Sequence record: SRR2962707_1486
Direction: 5' to 3' (one strand)
Length of the DNA: 44,991 nucleotides
Shown: positions 36,264 to 44,991 of the stretch, in pieces
Layout: every line of letters starts with the position of its first letter
How positions within the stretch are numbered: position 1 is the first letter of the stretch
Notes under the pieces: generated by a model
The model's input: only the letters and a program-made list of their open reading frames with translations
The model's database searches: none
What the model was told of the DNA's origin: nothing
Program-made: the position numbers and the translations under genes

Positions 36264-37151
36264 CTATATCGCGGCAGGCTTGACCGCGGCTTTCTTGCCG
36301 CCGCGCAGATTGATCCAGTTTGCCAGGATGATGATGCCGCCGCCAAGCAGCACCAGGGCGTCGGCTTGCTCGTCAAACAGCACCATGCCGATGACGACGA
36401 CCAGCGGCAGCCGGGCGAAATCGATCGGCATCAGGAAGCTTGCCGGCGCAAGTGACAAGGCCGTGGTCAGGCAATAATGCGCCAGCAGCCCGGCAGCGCC
36501 GATCACCACGAGCCAGGGGACAGTCACCAGCGTGGGCCAGGTTATCGAGTCGTGCGCAACGAGCGCCACAATTCCAAAGCAAAGCTGGAACCCGGTCAGC
36601 CAGAACAGGATCGACACGATGCTTTCATGCCGGGTCAGGGCCTTGGTCATGATGATGGTGGCGGCAAAGAAAATTGCTGACATTGCCGCCGTGATTGTTC
36701 CGGGCTCCAGCGCACTGAAATCCGGCCGTGCGACCACCAGTATGCCGAGGAATCCGAGACCAGCGGCGAGTATTCTGGCGCCGGTCAGCCGTTCACCCAG
36801 AAACAGGAAGCTCAACACGATCACCCAGATCGGCGATGTGAATTCAAGCGCGAACACCTGTGCCAGTGGTATTGACGCGAGAGCAAAGAACCAGAGGTTT
36901 TGTCCGGTGAAGTGGAACAGGTTGCGGAAGAAATGCTGCTTCAGCCTGTTTCTGCGAATCTCCCCCAGCCTGCGGTTGGCAAACGCCAGCGACAGCACGA
37001 TGGCGAGACCGACAAGCGAGCGAAACGTCATGATCTCGAAGGTGTTATGGACTTCTGACACATAGCGGCCCGCCACTGCCATCATCGAAAACGACACAAT
37101 CGAACCACACATCCACAGTGCGGCCTTTGCCGGCCGATAGGTTTCAGGCAT
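36264..37151 (-). CDS. DMT/EamA family transporter
   Basis: About 10 TM helices in two EamA repeats; ALEFTSPIW..LFLGERL, PIDFARLP..LFDE. Confidence 0.92.
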   Translation of the reverse strand: MPETYRPAKAALWMCGSIVSFSMMAVAGRYVSEVHNTFEIMTFRSLVGLAIVLSLAFANRRLGEIRRNRLKQHFFRNLFHFTGQNLWFFALASIPLAQVFALEFTSPIWVIVLSFLFLGERLTGARILAAGLGFLGILVVARPDFSALEPGTITAAMSAIFFAATIIMTKALTRHESIVSILFWLTGFQLCFGIVALVAHDSITWPTLVTVPWLVVIGAAGLLAHYCLTTALSLAPASFLMPIDFARLPLVVVIGMVLFDEQADALVLLGGGIIILANWINLRGGKKAAVKPAAI

Positions 37152-37432
37152 GTGCTGGGATCTCCACGGGTTCCGGCAGGTTCAGCCTGCTCGCAACGCT
37201 GTCTTGGGTCTGTAAGCTGGAATTTACCATCGAGGTGACGACAGATGTTCCGGATCACACTCAAGGGGATTCGCCGCAACAATGCAACTGGTGAGTGAGA
37301 GCGGGCTGTGGTCGGCTTTGTTCCCGGTCGAAAAAAGTGGCCAAGCCCTTGCTCGTTCTTGCCATTGTGTTTGCGCTCGCTGGCGTCAGGTCGTACCGTC
37401 CGGTTTGTGAAATGGGGTAGGGGAGCACTGCA

Positions 37433-38416
37433 ATGCATGTCTTGATCATCGGCGCGGCCGGCATGATTGGCCGTAAGTTTACGGCTGCGATTGCCAGCTC
37501 CGGCAAGCTGGGGACGCGCGCCCTGAGCAAACTGACCCTCGCCGACACGACAGAGCCGGATAGTCCGTCCGGATTTTCAGGCGAGGTCACCAGTCTGGCG
37601 CTTGATATCTCCGATCCGACCAGTGCACCGCAGCTTGTGGCTGGCCGCCCCGATGTGATCGTTCATCTGGCAGCCATTGTTTCGGGCGAAGCGGAACAGG
37701 ATTTCGACAAGGGTTACAGGATCAACCTCGATGGAACCCGCTACCTGTTCGACGCAGTCAGGCACCTTTCCAAAACGAGCGATTATTGTCCGCGTCTGAT
37801 CTTCGCCTCTTCGGTCGCCGTCTTTGGTGCGCCGTTGCCTGACGAGATTGACGATACATTTCTTACAGCGCCGCTGACCAGCTACGGCACGCAAAAGGCC
37901 ATCGGCGAGTTGCTGTTGCAGGACTACACCCGTCGCGGCTTCATCGACGGACTGGCCATCCGCCTGCCGACCATCTGCATCCGGCCCGGCCTGCCCAACG
38001 CCGCGGCGTCGGGTTTTTTCTCATCCATCCTGCGCGAGCCGCTAGCCGGAAAACCGGCGATCCTGCCTGTGCCTGACACGGTCCGTCACTGGCACGCCAG
38101 TCCGCGCGCGGCAGTTGGATTTCTCATCCACGCGGCGACAATGGACACCGGCCCGGTCGGCCATCGGCGGGTGCTCAACATGCCGGGCGTATCGGCCACC
38201 GTGGCCGAACAGATCGAGGCGCTGCGCGCAATCGCCGGAGACAAGGCTGTGGCGCTGATCCGCAGCGAGCCCGCGCCCGAAATCATGCGCATCGTCTCAA
38301 ACTGGCCCCGCGGATTTGCAGCCGATCGGGCAATCGCGTTGGGCTTTCGGGCCGAAAGCTCGTTCGATGAGATTATTCGCATCCACATCGAAGATGAAAT
38401 GGGCGGCCAACTCTGA
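37433..38416 (+). CDS. denD: D-erythronate dehydrogenase-like extended SDR (NAD-dependent epimerase/dehydratase family)
   Basis: GAAGMIG Rossmann motif, HLAAIVSGEAEQDFDKGYRIN, YGTQK, RLPTICIRPG.PNAAASGF. Confidence 0.8.
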   Translation: MHVLIIGAAGMIGRKFTAAIASSGKLGTRALSKLTLADTTEPDSPSGFSGEVTSLALDISDPTSAPQLVAGRPDVIVHLAAIVSGEAEQDFDKGYRINLDGTRYLFDAVRHLSKTSDYCPRLIFASSVAVFGAPLPDEIDDTFLTAPLTSYGTQKAIGELLLQDYTRRGFIDGLAIRLPTICIRPGLPNAAASGFFSSILREPLAGKPAILPVPDTVRHWHASPRAAVGFLIHAATMDTGPVGHRRVLNMPGVSATVAEQIEALRAIAGDKAVALIRSEPAPEIMRIVSNWPRGFAADRAIALGFRAESSFDEIIRIHIEDEMGGQL

Positions 38417-38433
38417 GGCCCCCGAGATAACCC

Positions 38434-38817
38434 TCACGCCACCTGTGCGGTCACCTCGATCTCGATCAGCATTTCCGGTCGGATCAGCTGACAGACGATC
38501 ATTGTCGCTGCCGGGTCGATGCCGCCCAGATGTTCGGCCAGCACCGGCGCCACGGCGTCGAAGTGTTCCGGCTTGGTGACGTAATACCTCACCCGCACCA
38601 CATCACTCAGGCTCGCATCAAGTGCTGCCAGAGACGCGGCGATGGTGGTGAAGCAATTGCGCGCCTGATCTGCCACCGCAGCCGGCATTTCCATGGCGGT
38701 GTAGTCATAGCCTGTGGTGCCCGAGACATGCACGAACGGGCCTTGCCGCACGGCGCGTGAATAGGCCGCTGCCTTTTCGAACGGGGACCCAGTCGAATGC
38801 TTGCGTCTGTCGCTCAT
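38434..38817 (-). CDS. RidA/YjgF family protein
   Basis: YSRAVRQG..HVSGTTG, DVVRVRYY, PAATMI..LI..EMLIEIEVTA. Confidence 0.92.
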   Translation of the reverse strand: MSDRRKHSTGSPFEKAAAYSRAVRQGPFVHVSGTTGYDYTAMEMPAAVADQARNCFTTIAASLAALDASLSDVVRVRYYVTKPEHFDAVAPVLAEHLGGIDPAATMIVCQLIRPEMLIEIEVTAQVA

Positions 38818-38844
38818 CTCGATACCCCCTCTGTCTTGCCGCCC

Positions 38845-39711
38845 TTAGCTGTGCGCCCAGTCCATATAGAGTTCGCGGACCTTGCGACCGGTCGGACCAG
38901 CCTGCAACTCGCGATCCTCGATACGGATCACCGGAACCACCTTGGAATGATTGCCGGTCGAGAAGATTTCGTCGGCATCCATGAAATCGGCAACCGAGAG
39001 CGATTTTTCCACCACCTCGGTCCCGGCTTCGCGCAACAACTTTATCGCGCGCGAGCGGGTGATGCCGGTCAGGAAGGTGCCGTTCGGTGCCGGGGTGAAG
39101 ACCACGCCATCCTTGACCAGAAAGATGTTGGATGTACCTGTCTCTGCGACATTGCCCAGCATGTCGAGCACCAATGCATTGTCGAAGCCGCGGGATTTGG
39201 CTTCCATCACCGCCCGGCCATTGTTGGGATACAGGCAGCCCGCCTTGGCGTTGGTCGGAGCGGTTTCGAGGGTCGGCCGGCGGAAGGGCGAGACGCTGAC
39301 CGAAAACCCCGAGGAGGCAATCATCGGGCTTTCAAACAGGCACAGACAGAAGCGTGTCGAGTCCGGATCGGCCGGCACCGACATGTAGCCACCATGTTCT
39401 GCCCAGTACATCGGCTTGATATAGACCGCGGTCTTGCCATCGAATTTCTTCAAGCCCTCGTAGGCCAGCGCTTCAATCGCGTCGGCTTCCATGGTGGCGC
39501 GCAATCCAAGTGCGGCAGCCGACCGGTTGACCCGCGCGCAGTGCAGATCGAGATCCGGCGCCACTCCATCAAACCAGCGCGCCCCGTCAAACACGGTCGA
39601 GCCAAGCCACATGGCGTGACTGACCGGACCGATCAGTGGCGGATTGCCTTCGAGCCATTCGCCATCAACAAAGGTCCAGGTTTTGGTGCGGGCTTGGGTG
39701 TTGACGGTCAT
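38845..39711 (-). CDS. Branched-chain amino acid aminotransferase-like, PLP fold type IV
   Basis: LGSTVFDGAR, HCARVNRSA, AKAGCLYPN, ETGTSNIF, FLTGITR, ADEIFSTGN. Confidence 0.9.
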   Translation of the reverse strand: MTVNTQARTKTWTFVDGEWLEGNPPLIGPVSHAMWLGSTVFDGARWFDGVAPDLDLHCARVNRSAAALGLRATMEADAIEALAYEGLKKFDGKTAVYIKPMYWAEHGGYMSVPADPDSTRFCLCLFESPMIASSGFSVSVSPFRRPTLETAPTNAKAGCLYPNNGRAVMEAKSRGFDNALVLDMLGNVAETGTSNIFLVKDGVVFTPAPNGTFLTGITRSRAIKLLREAGTEVVEKSLSVADFMDADEIFSTGNHSKVVPVIRIEDRELQAGPTGRKVRELYMDWAHS

Positions 39712-39900
39712 GATCTTCTCCTGCCGATACTGTCTCTATGACGTGACATTCGTCTGCCAAAGCCACTGTCGTCAAGTCATGGCACTGCGACAAAGCGGCA
39801 GCAACGGGGCAATCGCACGATCCTTGCGTCTCGCCGTCAAACCGGGAAACAAATGGATGCGGGCCCTAACCGGTCCGGTGAGCCTTGAGTGGCGCTTGAC

Positions 39901-39915
39901 TGTTGCACTGCAACA
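39901..39915. promoter_or_regulatory. Perfect palindrome TGTTGCA-C-TGCAACA (PhaR/AniA-like TGCRNYGCA core)
   Basis: Lies immediately 3' of a -35-like TTGAC, upstream of the HAD gene. Confidence 0.45.
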
Positions 39916-39952
39916 TGGGCATCGTAGGAGGGTTAGAGGAGGAAATACCGAA

Positions 39953-40606
39953 ATGTCCTATGCCGCTTACGTCTTTGACGCCTATGGAACCCTGTTTGAT
40001 GTCCATTCCGCCGTGCGACGCCATGCGGAAGCGGTTGGGCCCGACGGGCAGCTTTTGTCGGAGATCTGGCGCGCCAAGCAGCTGGAATATTCCTGGACGC
40101 GGGCGCTTATGGGGCAGTGGCGCGATTTCTGGGCGCTGACCGAGGAAGCGCTCGACTATTCCTTCGAACGTATCCCCAGCGCTGACAAGAGCCTCAAGCC
40201 GCAACTGCTCGAGGCCTATTTCAAGCTCGATTGCTATCCGGAAGTCCCCGCCGTGCTGAAGGCATTGAAAGCCACTGGCGCACGGGTGGCAATTCTGTCC
40301 AATGGATCTGTGAAGATGCTGGATTCGGCTGTCAGGAATGCCGCGCTCGACAGTGTTATCGACGATGTGTTCTCGGTCGATGAGCTGCAGACGTTCAAAA
40401 CCGATCCGGCGGTCTATGACATGGTCACCACCTCTTACCGGCTCTATCCCGGTGCAGTGTCGTTCCAGTCATCCAACCGCTGGGATGTCGCCGGCGCCAC
40501 CAAATTTGGCTTTCGCACGGTCTGGATAAACCGGGCCAAAATGCCGGATGAATACCGGGACCTGTCCCCCTCGCTGATCCTGCCTGATCTCAACGGCGTC
40601 GAATAG
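39953..40606 (+). CDS. Haloacid dehalogenase type II (HAD superfamily)
   Basis: VFDAYGTLFDV, WRAKQLEYSW, ILSNGS, FKTDP.VY, SSNRWDVAGA..FGF..VWINR; ATG 39953 follows GAGGAGG. Confidence 0.92.
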   Translation: MSYAAYVFDAYGTLFDVHSAVRRHAEAVGPDGQLLSEIWRAKQLEYSWTRALMGQWRDFWALTEEALDYSFERIPSADKSLKPQLLEAYFKLDCYPEVPAVLKALKATGARVAILSNGSVKMLDSAVRNAALDSVIDDVFSVDELQTFKTDPAVYDMVTTSYRLYPGAVSFQSSNRWDVAGATKFGFRTVWINRAKMPDEYRDLSPSLILPDLNGVE

Positions 40607-40716
40607 GATCAACCTACGGATCTTGCCCGAGGCCGGACTATTCTTGTGAGAGGCAGCTTGCCGGGCGGGCCGTCGCATGCATTTGCAGGCGCCGGTTGAA
40701 AATCTGCAAATGTGAC

Positions 40717-40741
40717 GGAACGAATAGCTCGTTTCTTCGTT
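40717..40741 (+). promoter_or_regulatory. Sigma-EcfG (RpoE2/SigT) general-stress promoter GGAAC-N16-CGTT
   Basis: GGAAC at 40717-40721 and CGTT at 40738-40741, directly upstream of otsB. Confidence 0.75.
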
Positions 40742-40774
40742 GAAAAAGTGCACCCGGAGAGAGCTTTTTCAGCC

Positions 40775-41578
40775 ATGCAGAACCAATGGGATTATTACAG
40801 TATGGTCGGGTTCGCGCCCGAGACCAACCCGCCCGAAGACCTCGAGCTTCTTAACATCAGCACGGATGAAACCGCGCTGTTTCTGGATTTTGATGGAACT
40901 CTGGTCGACATCGCCCCAACCCCTGATGCGATCAGGGTTGGAGAGGCGGTCAGGTCGCTGCTCAAGCAATTGGGCCGGCGCCACAAAGGCGCTGTATCTA
41001 TTGTTTCCGGCCGCAATCTGCAGGAAATCGAACACTATCTCGGCGATTCAGCGGCAACGATATCGGGCGGCCATGGCGCCGAGTTGCGTCACGGAATTAA
41101 GCGCGTTCAAGGTATCACATGCGACTCCGAGCGTCTCGACCACATAAAGAATGCTGTCAAAGAGTTTGCCATCCTCGATCCACGGGTGATCGCCGAAGAC
41201 AAGAGTTTTGGAATTGTGTTGCACTTCCGGCAGCACCCGGAGCTTGAATGCAAGGTCCGTGATTTCCTCACCATTCTGGTTGGCCAGGATGACGATTTCG
41301 AACTTCAGGCAGCGAAGATGGCAGTCGAGATCAAGCCCAAAGGCATCTCCAAGGCCGACGCCATCGGACGGATCATGGCGTTTGAAGAATTCGCCGGACG
41401 CAAAATCTTGTTCGCAGGCGATGACGACACCGATGAAAGTGCCTTCTCCTGGGTCAACCAGCAGGGTGGGATCACCATCAAGATCGGTGATGGACCAACC
41501 TGCGCGCGCTACCGAACGCAGAACCCGTCCACGTTCAAGCGCTGGCTCGGCAAACATGCCGAAGCCGGGAGGGCATGA
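40775..41578 (+). CDS. otsB: Trehalose-6-phosphate phosphatase
   Basis: LFLDFDGTLVDIAPTP, IVSGR, GGHGAE, EIKPKGISK, FAGDDDTDE. Start is ATG 40775 or 40802; the ORF-track start at 40712 lies upstream of the promoter. Confidence 0.92.
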   Translation: MQNQWDYYSMVGFAPETNPPEDLELLNISTDETALFLDFDGTLVDIAPTPDAIRVGEAVRSLLKQLGRRHKGAVSIVSGRNLQEIEHYLGDSAATISGGHGAELRHGIKRVQGITCDSERLDHIKNAVKEFAILDPRVIAEDKSFGIVLHFRQHPELECKVRDFLTILVGQDDDFELQAAKMAVEIKPKGISKADAIGRIMAFEEFAGRKILFAGDDDTDESAFSWVNQQGGITIKIGDGPTCARYRTQNPSTFKRWLGKHAEAGRA

Positions 41579-42990
41579 GGATGGGACGTCTTGTCATCGT
41601 TTCCAACCGGGCGCCGTCGGTCGACGGCACCGGTGACTCCGGCGGTCTTGTCGTGGCGCTCAAGGATGCACTGAGCAAGCAGGGCGGTTTGTGGATCGGC
41701 GGCGCGCCCGAACAGACCGACACGCCCGCTGCATCGCTTGTCTTCCACCAGCGTCCCGATTTTGACATCGCCTTGTTTGAGATGGAGCCCGAGCTCTATC
41801 GCGATTACTATCTCGGATACTCGAATTCGGTGCTCTGGCCAGCCTTGCATGGCCGGGTGGATCTCATCGATGTGCAGCCTCATTATTCCATCGCTTATCG
41901 TGAAGTCGCCCGCAGGCTTGCCCGGCAGATCGCCGACATTGTGACCCATGACGATGTGATCTGGGTGCATGACTACCAGCTGATCCCGCTGGCGCACGAG
42001 CTCAAGGCGCTGGGCGTGACCAGCCGCATCGGCTTTTTCCTGCACATCCCGCTCCCCGATCTGCAAACCTTCAAGGCCATACCGGACTGGCAGGATCTGG
42101 CAGGCTGGCTTGCAGATTATGATCTGCTGGGCCTGCAGACACAGCGTGATCTGGGCCACCTGATCAACATCTTCCGCCACACTCTGCGCGGCGAGCTGCG
42201 CGCCAATGGCAACATGGGCATCAATGGCCGCGAAGTGGTGTTGGGGTGCTTTCCGATCTCCATCGACGTTCAGGGCTTCCGTCGGCTCGCCGTTGAAGGC
42301 GCAGCGCAAACAGCGCCTGCGCCGCTGCCAAGGCTGATTGGCGTGGATCGCCTGGACTATTCAAAAGGCTTGCCCCACCGTCTTCTCGGATATGAGGCAT
42401 TCTTGAGCCAGAATACCAGCTTCTGCAGCAATGTGGGTTTGCTGCAGATCGCTCCCCCGACCCGGGACGATGTCGAGGCATACAAGGCAATACGGTCGGA
42501 ACTGGAACATCTGGCCGGCCGCATCAATGGCAGTTTCGGAACCGTCGACTGGACCCCGGTGCAATATATTCATCGCTCGCTCCCGCGTGATGAACTGGCT
42601 GTGCTGTATCGCTATTCGCGGGTGGGCCTTGTGACGCCGCTGTTTGACGGCATGAACCTGGTCGCGAAAGAGTATGTGGCTGCCCAGGACGAGGCCGATC
42701 CCGGTGTCTTGATCCTTTCCCAATTTGCCGGTGCAGCGGAGGAAATGTCCGATGCATTGATTGTCAATCCGCACAATCCGCAGGATATTGCCGATGCAAT
42801 CAAAACGGCCCTCGAGATGCCGCTGGCCGAGCGCAGGCAGCGGCATGATGCGCTTTATAGTCACCTCGAAAAGCATGATGTCGGGCACTGGAGCGCGGCT
42901 TTCCTCAACCGGCTGCTCGCGGTGGAGCAAGCCGACCCGGAATGGCTTGCACGATTTTCCGGCCTTGAGCCACGGGCGAGGACGGGATGA
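41575..42990 (+). CDS. otsA: Trehalose-6-phosphate synthase
   Basis: VSNR, GGLVVAL, YYLGYSNSVLWP, WVHDYQL, FFLHIP, GVDRLDYSKG, DGMNLVAKEYVA, LSQFAGAA. Confidence 0.96.
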   Translation: MRMGRLVIVSNRAPSVDGTGDSGGLVVALKDALSKQGGLWIGGAPEQTDTPAASLVFHQRPDFDIALFEMEPELYRDYYLGYSNSVLWPALHGRVDLIDVQPHYSIAYREVARRLARQIADIVTHDDVIWVHDYQLIPLAHELKALGVTSRIGFFLHIPLPDLQTFKAIPDWQDLAGWLADYDLLGLQTQRDLGHLINIFRHTLRGELRANGNMGINGREVVLGCFPISIDVQGFRRLAVEGAAQTAPAPLPRLIGVDRLDYSKGLPHRLLGYEAFLSQNTSFCSNVGLLQIAPPTRDDVEAYKAIRSELEHLAGRINGSFGTVDWTPVQYIHRSLPRDELAVLYRYSRVGLVTPLFDGMNLVAKEYVAAQDEADPGVLILSQFAGAAEEMSDALIVNPHNPQDIADAIKTALEMPLAERRQRHDALYSHLEKHDVGHWSAAFLNRLLAVEQADPEWLARFSGLEPRARTG

Positions 42991-43183
42991 ACTGATGATC
43001 GGTGTTGTCGCGCCGGTATCAATCATAGACAACCACTGTGGCAAGTTCGCCACAAGGCAAGCGTGGGAAAGTCACAATCGGAACCCAATTGTGGCCAAGC
43101 GCGTTGAGTCGGGCCGGGGGATCTCCGGATGGACATTGACGACAGTTTCAAGCTTTTGAGCACCTCTGAGGACTTCCCGCGAC

Positions 43184-43945
43184 ATGACCGGACCCAATCG
43201 TAATCATTTGACCGCAACCGTCGCTGCCGGAGGCGAAGCCGCGTCGCTCTCACGGCGCCGCTTTCTGGCGCTTGGCACTGCGGCAACGGCAACTCTTGCC
43301 GGTTGCGCCGGACCGACGACACAGCAATTCGTCAGCCAAACCGCGCCAGTCTATCGCGCATCGGAAAATCGCCAGGCGGGACTCGTCGGGACCTCATCGT
43401 TCTACGACAGCATGTATGGTCCCAAGCTTGATGAGCCATACCCTCTGCCTGCCATTCCGTATCAGGAGATCGATCCGGCCTTTCTGCGGCAGGAAGTGGC
43501 TGATCCGACGGGCGAACGGCCCGGAACGCTCGTCGTCGATACCGGCCAGCGTTTCCTCTATCTGGTCCGTGAAAACGGCCGCGCCATGCGCTACGGCGTC
43601 GGCATCGGCAGAGACGGGTTCTCTTGGTCCGGCCGTGCCATTGTGCAGTGGAAGCAGAAATGGCCGAAATGGACACCTCCAGGCGAGATGATAGCCCGTC
43701 AGCCGGAACTTGAGCCCTACTCGGCTGCAAACGGCGGCATGGCGCCCGGGCTCGACAACCCGCTCGGCGCTCGCGCGCTTTACATTTTCCAAAACGGCGA
43801 GGATACGCTCTACCGTCTGCACGGCAGCCCGGAATACAAATCGATCGGCAAGGCTGTGTCGTCTGGCTGCGTCCGGCTGCTCAACCAGGACATCTGCGAC
43901 TTGTATGACCGCGTACCCACCCGCACACCCATCCTGGTTATCTAG
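43184..43945 (+). CDS. L,D-transpeptidase (YkuD/ErfK family), Tat-exported lipoprotein
   Basis: SRRRFL twin-arginine motif, lipobox LAGC, NPLGARALY, YRLHGS..SIGKAVSSGCVRL. Confidence 0.93.
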   Translation: MTGPNRNHLTATVAAGGEAASLSRRRFLALGTAATATLAGCAGPTTQQFVSQTAPVYRASENRQAGLVGTSSFYDSMYGPKLDEPYPLPAIPYQEIDPAFLRQEVADPTGERPGTLVVDTGQRFLYLVRENGRAMRYGVGIGRDGFSWSGRAIVQWKQKWPKWTPPGEMIARQPELEPYSAANGGMAPGLDNPLGARALYIFQNGEDTLYRLHGSPEYKSIGKAVSSGCVRLLNQDICDLYDRVPTRTPILVI

Positions 43946-44216
43946 GCGGGTCACGCATCAGCGATGGCTCGAGGCATATGGCTATTGCAATACTGCTTTT
44001 ATGGACTTGCCGACCCTGTCGGCCGGATTGTAATCGCAGAAACGCACGCACGTCGAGTTGAGCCTTCCTAAAAGGTCATGCCGTCTGGATGAACGACGGG
44101 AGTGGGCACGCCGCCATTAGCAGCGGCTGCCGGTCAAGCGCGAGCGTGACGGCATCCGCACGGCCTACCCGGTACCTTCATCGAGAAAGGGCAGGACAGA
44201 CGGCCAAGAACGGGGA

Positions 44217-44991
44217 TCAGAAGCCCTTCTTCAATGACCCCAGAATGCCCCGCACCAATGCACGTCCCAGCGACGTTGCCGCAGATCGAGCCACCGACTT
44301 GATGACGGCCTCGGTTACGGTCTGGCGTTGGTAGCCCGGGCGTTTCCGGCTCGAACTCTTGCGCCGCGATGATTTGCTGCGGCCGCGATCATCCTCGTCA
44401 TCATCGTCGCCATAACCGGGCAGGGTCCAGCGGCGGCTTTCGGGCCGTTCCTGTTCCTTCTCCTCCTCGCGGTGACGCTCTTGCTCTTCGGCCTTCGCGG
44501 CCTCCTCTGCGCGGCGAGCCAGCATCTCGAAAGCGCTGTCGCGGTCCAGATCAGTATCGTACAGCCCGGCAACCGGGCTGACCGCCATAACCTTTTGCCG
44601 CTCCGGTTCGGTGATTGGGCCAAGCCGCGATGAGGGCGGACGAACCAGTGTCCGTTCGACCATCGAGGGCACACCCTTCGCGCCCAATGTCGAAACCAGC
44701 GCCTCTCCAACACCCAATTGCGTGATCGCCTCGAAACAATCGAAGGCGGGGTTGGGACGGAATGTCTCCGCCGCCACTTTCACAGCCTTCTGCTCGCGCG
44801 GCGTGTAAGCCCTGAGCGCATGCTGAACACGGTTGCCGAGCTGGGAGAGAACTGTTTCGGGAACATCAAGCGGGTTCTGGGTAACGAAATACACCCCGAC
44901 GCCCTTGGAGCGGATCAGCCGGACCACCTGTTCGACCCGGTCGATGAGGATCTTCGGCGCCTCGTCAAACAGCAGATGCGCCTCGTCGAAA
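44217..44991 (-). CDS. DUF853 / HerA-like (YjgR-type) P-loop ATPase, C-terminal part (runs off the window)
   Basis: FDEAHLLF at the window edge, [40 protein letters not shown]-terminus. Confidence 0.9.
   Translation of the reverse strand, partial: FDEAHLLFDEAPKILIDRVEQVVRLIRSKGVGVYFVTQNPLDVPETVLSQLGNRVQHALRAYTPREQKAVKVAAETFRPNPAFDCFEAITQLGVGEALVSTLGAKGVPSMVERTLVRPPSSRLGPITEPERQKVMAVSPVAGLYDTDLDRDSAFEMLARRAEEAAKAEEQERHREEEKEQERPESRRWTLPGYGDDDDEDDRGRSKSSRRKSSSRKRPGYQRQTVTEAVIKSVARSAATSLGRALVRGILGSLKKGF

Noticed and set aside
37152-37432. Possible riboswitch or sRNA upstream of the EamA gene
   Set aside because: No conserved TPP, SAM, FMN, cobalamin or glycine motifs recognised on either strand.
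43037-43054. Hairpin TGTGGC-N6-GCCACA after otsA as an intrinsic terminator
   Set aside because: Short stem and no U-tract; not enough support.

Overview
Alphaproteobacterial (Hyphomicrobiales-like, GC-rich) chromosomal window. It opens with the 3' part of tRNA-Thr(CGT). A degenerate copy of the tRNA 3' end recurs at 36222-36241 (18/20 identical, 12-bp exact core), delimiting a ~36 kb island that has no intact integrase. The island holds two cargo blocks. Block 1 is an atypical two-partner secretion locus: tpsB, an IalB-family gene, a giant ~6,700-aa filamentous TpsA of the LktA-like class and a second IalB-family gene. It has a divergent LuxR-HTH/alpha-beta-hydrolase fusion regulator whose catalytic Ser and His appear lost, and a perfect CtrA box in front of tpsA. 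Block 2 is a tartrate/D-malate catabolic cluster: tarD, two LysRs, tctC, a fused tctA-tctB, ttuC, dmlA and ttuD. Decayed mobile-element fragments (IS110-like and DUF3987-like) and 10-bp-phased arm-type repeats lie just inside the right att. Beyond the island is ordinary core genome: EamA transporter, denD, RidA, class IV aminotransferase, HAD-II, otsBA with a sigma-EcfG promoter, a Tat L,D-transpeptidase and a partial DUF853/HerA-like ATPase. The best candidate for an undescribed system is the TpsB/TpsA + 2x IalB + pseudo-hydrolase regulator module. All family calls come from motif recognition, not database searches.
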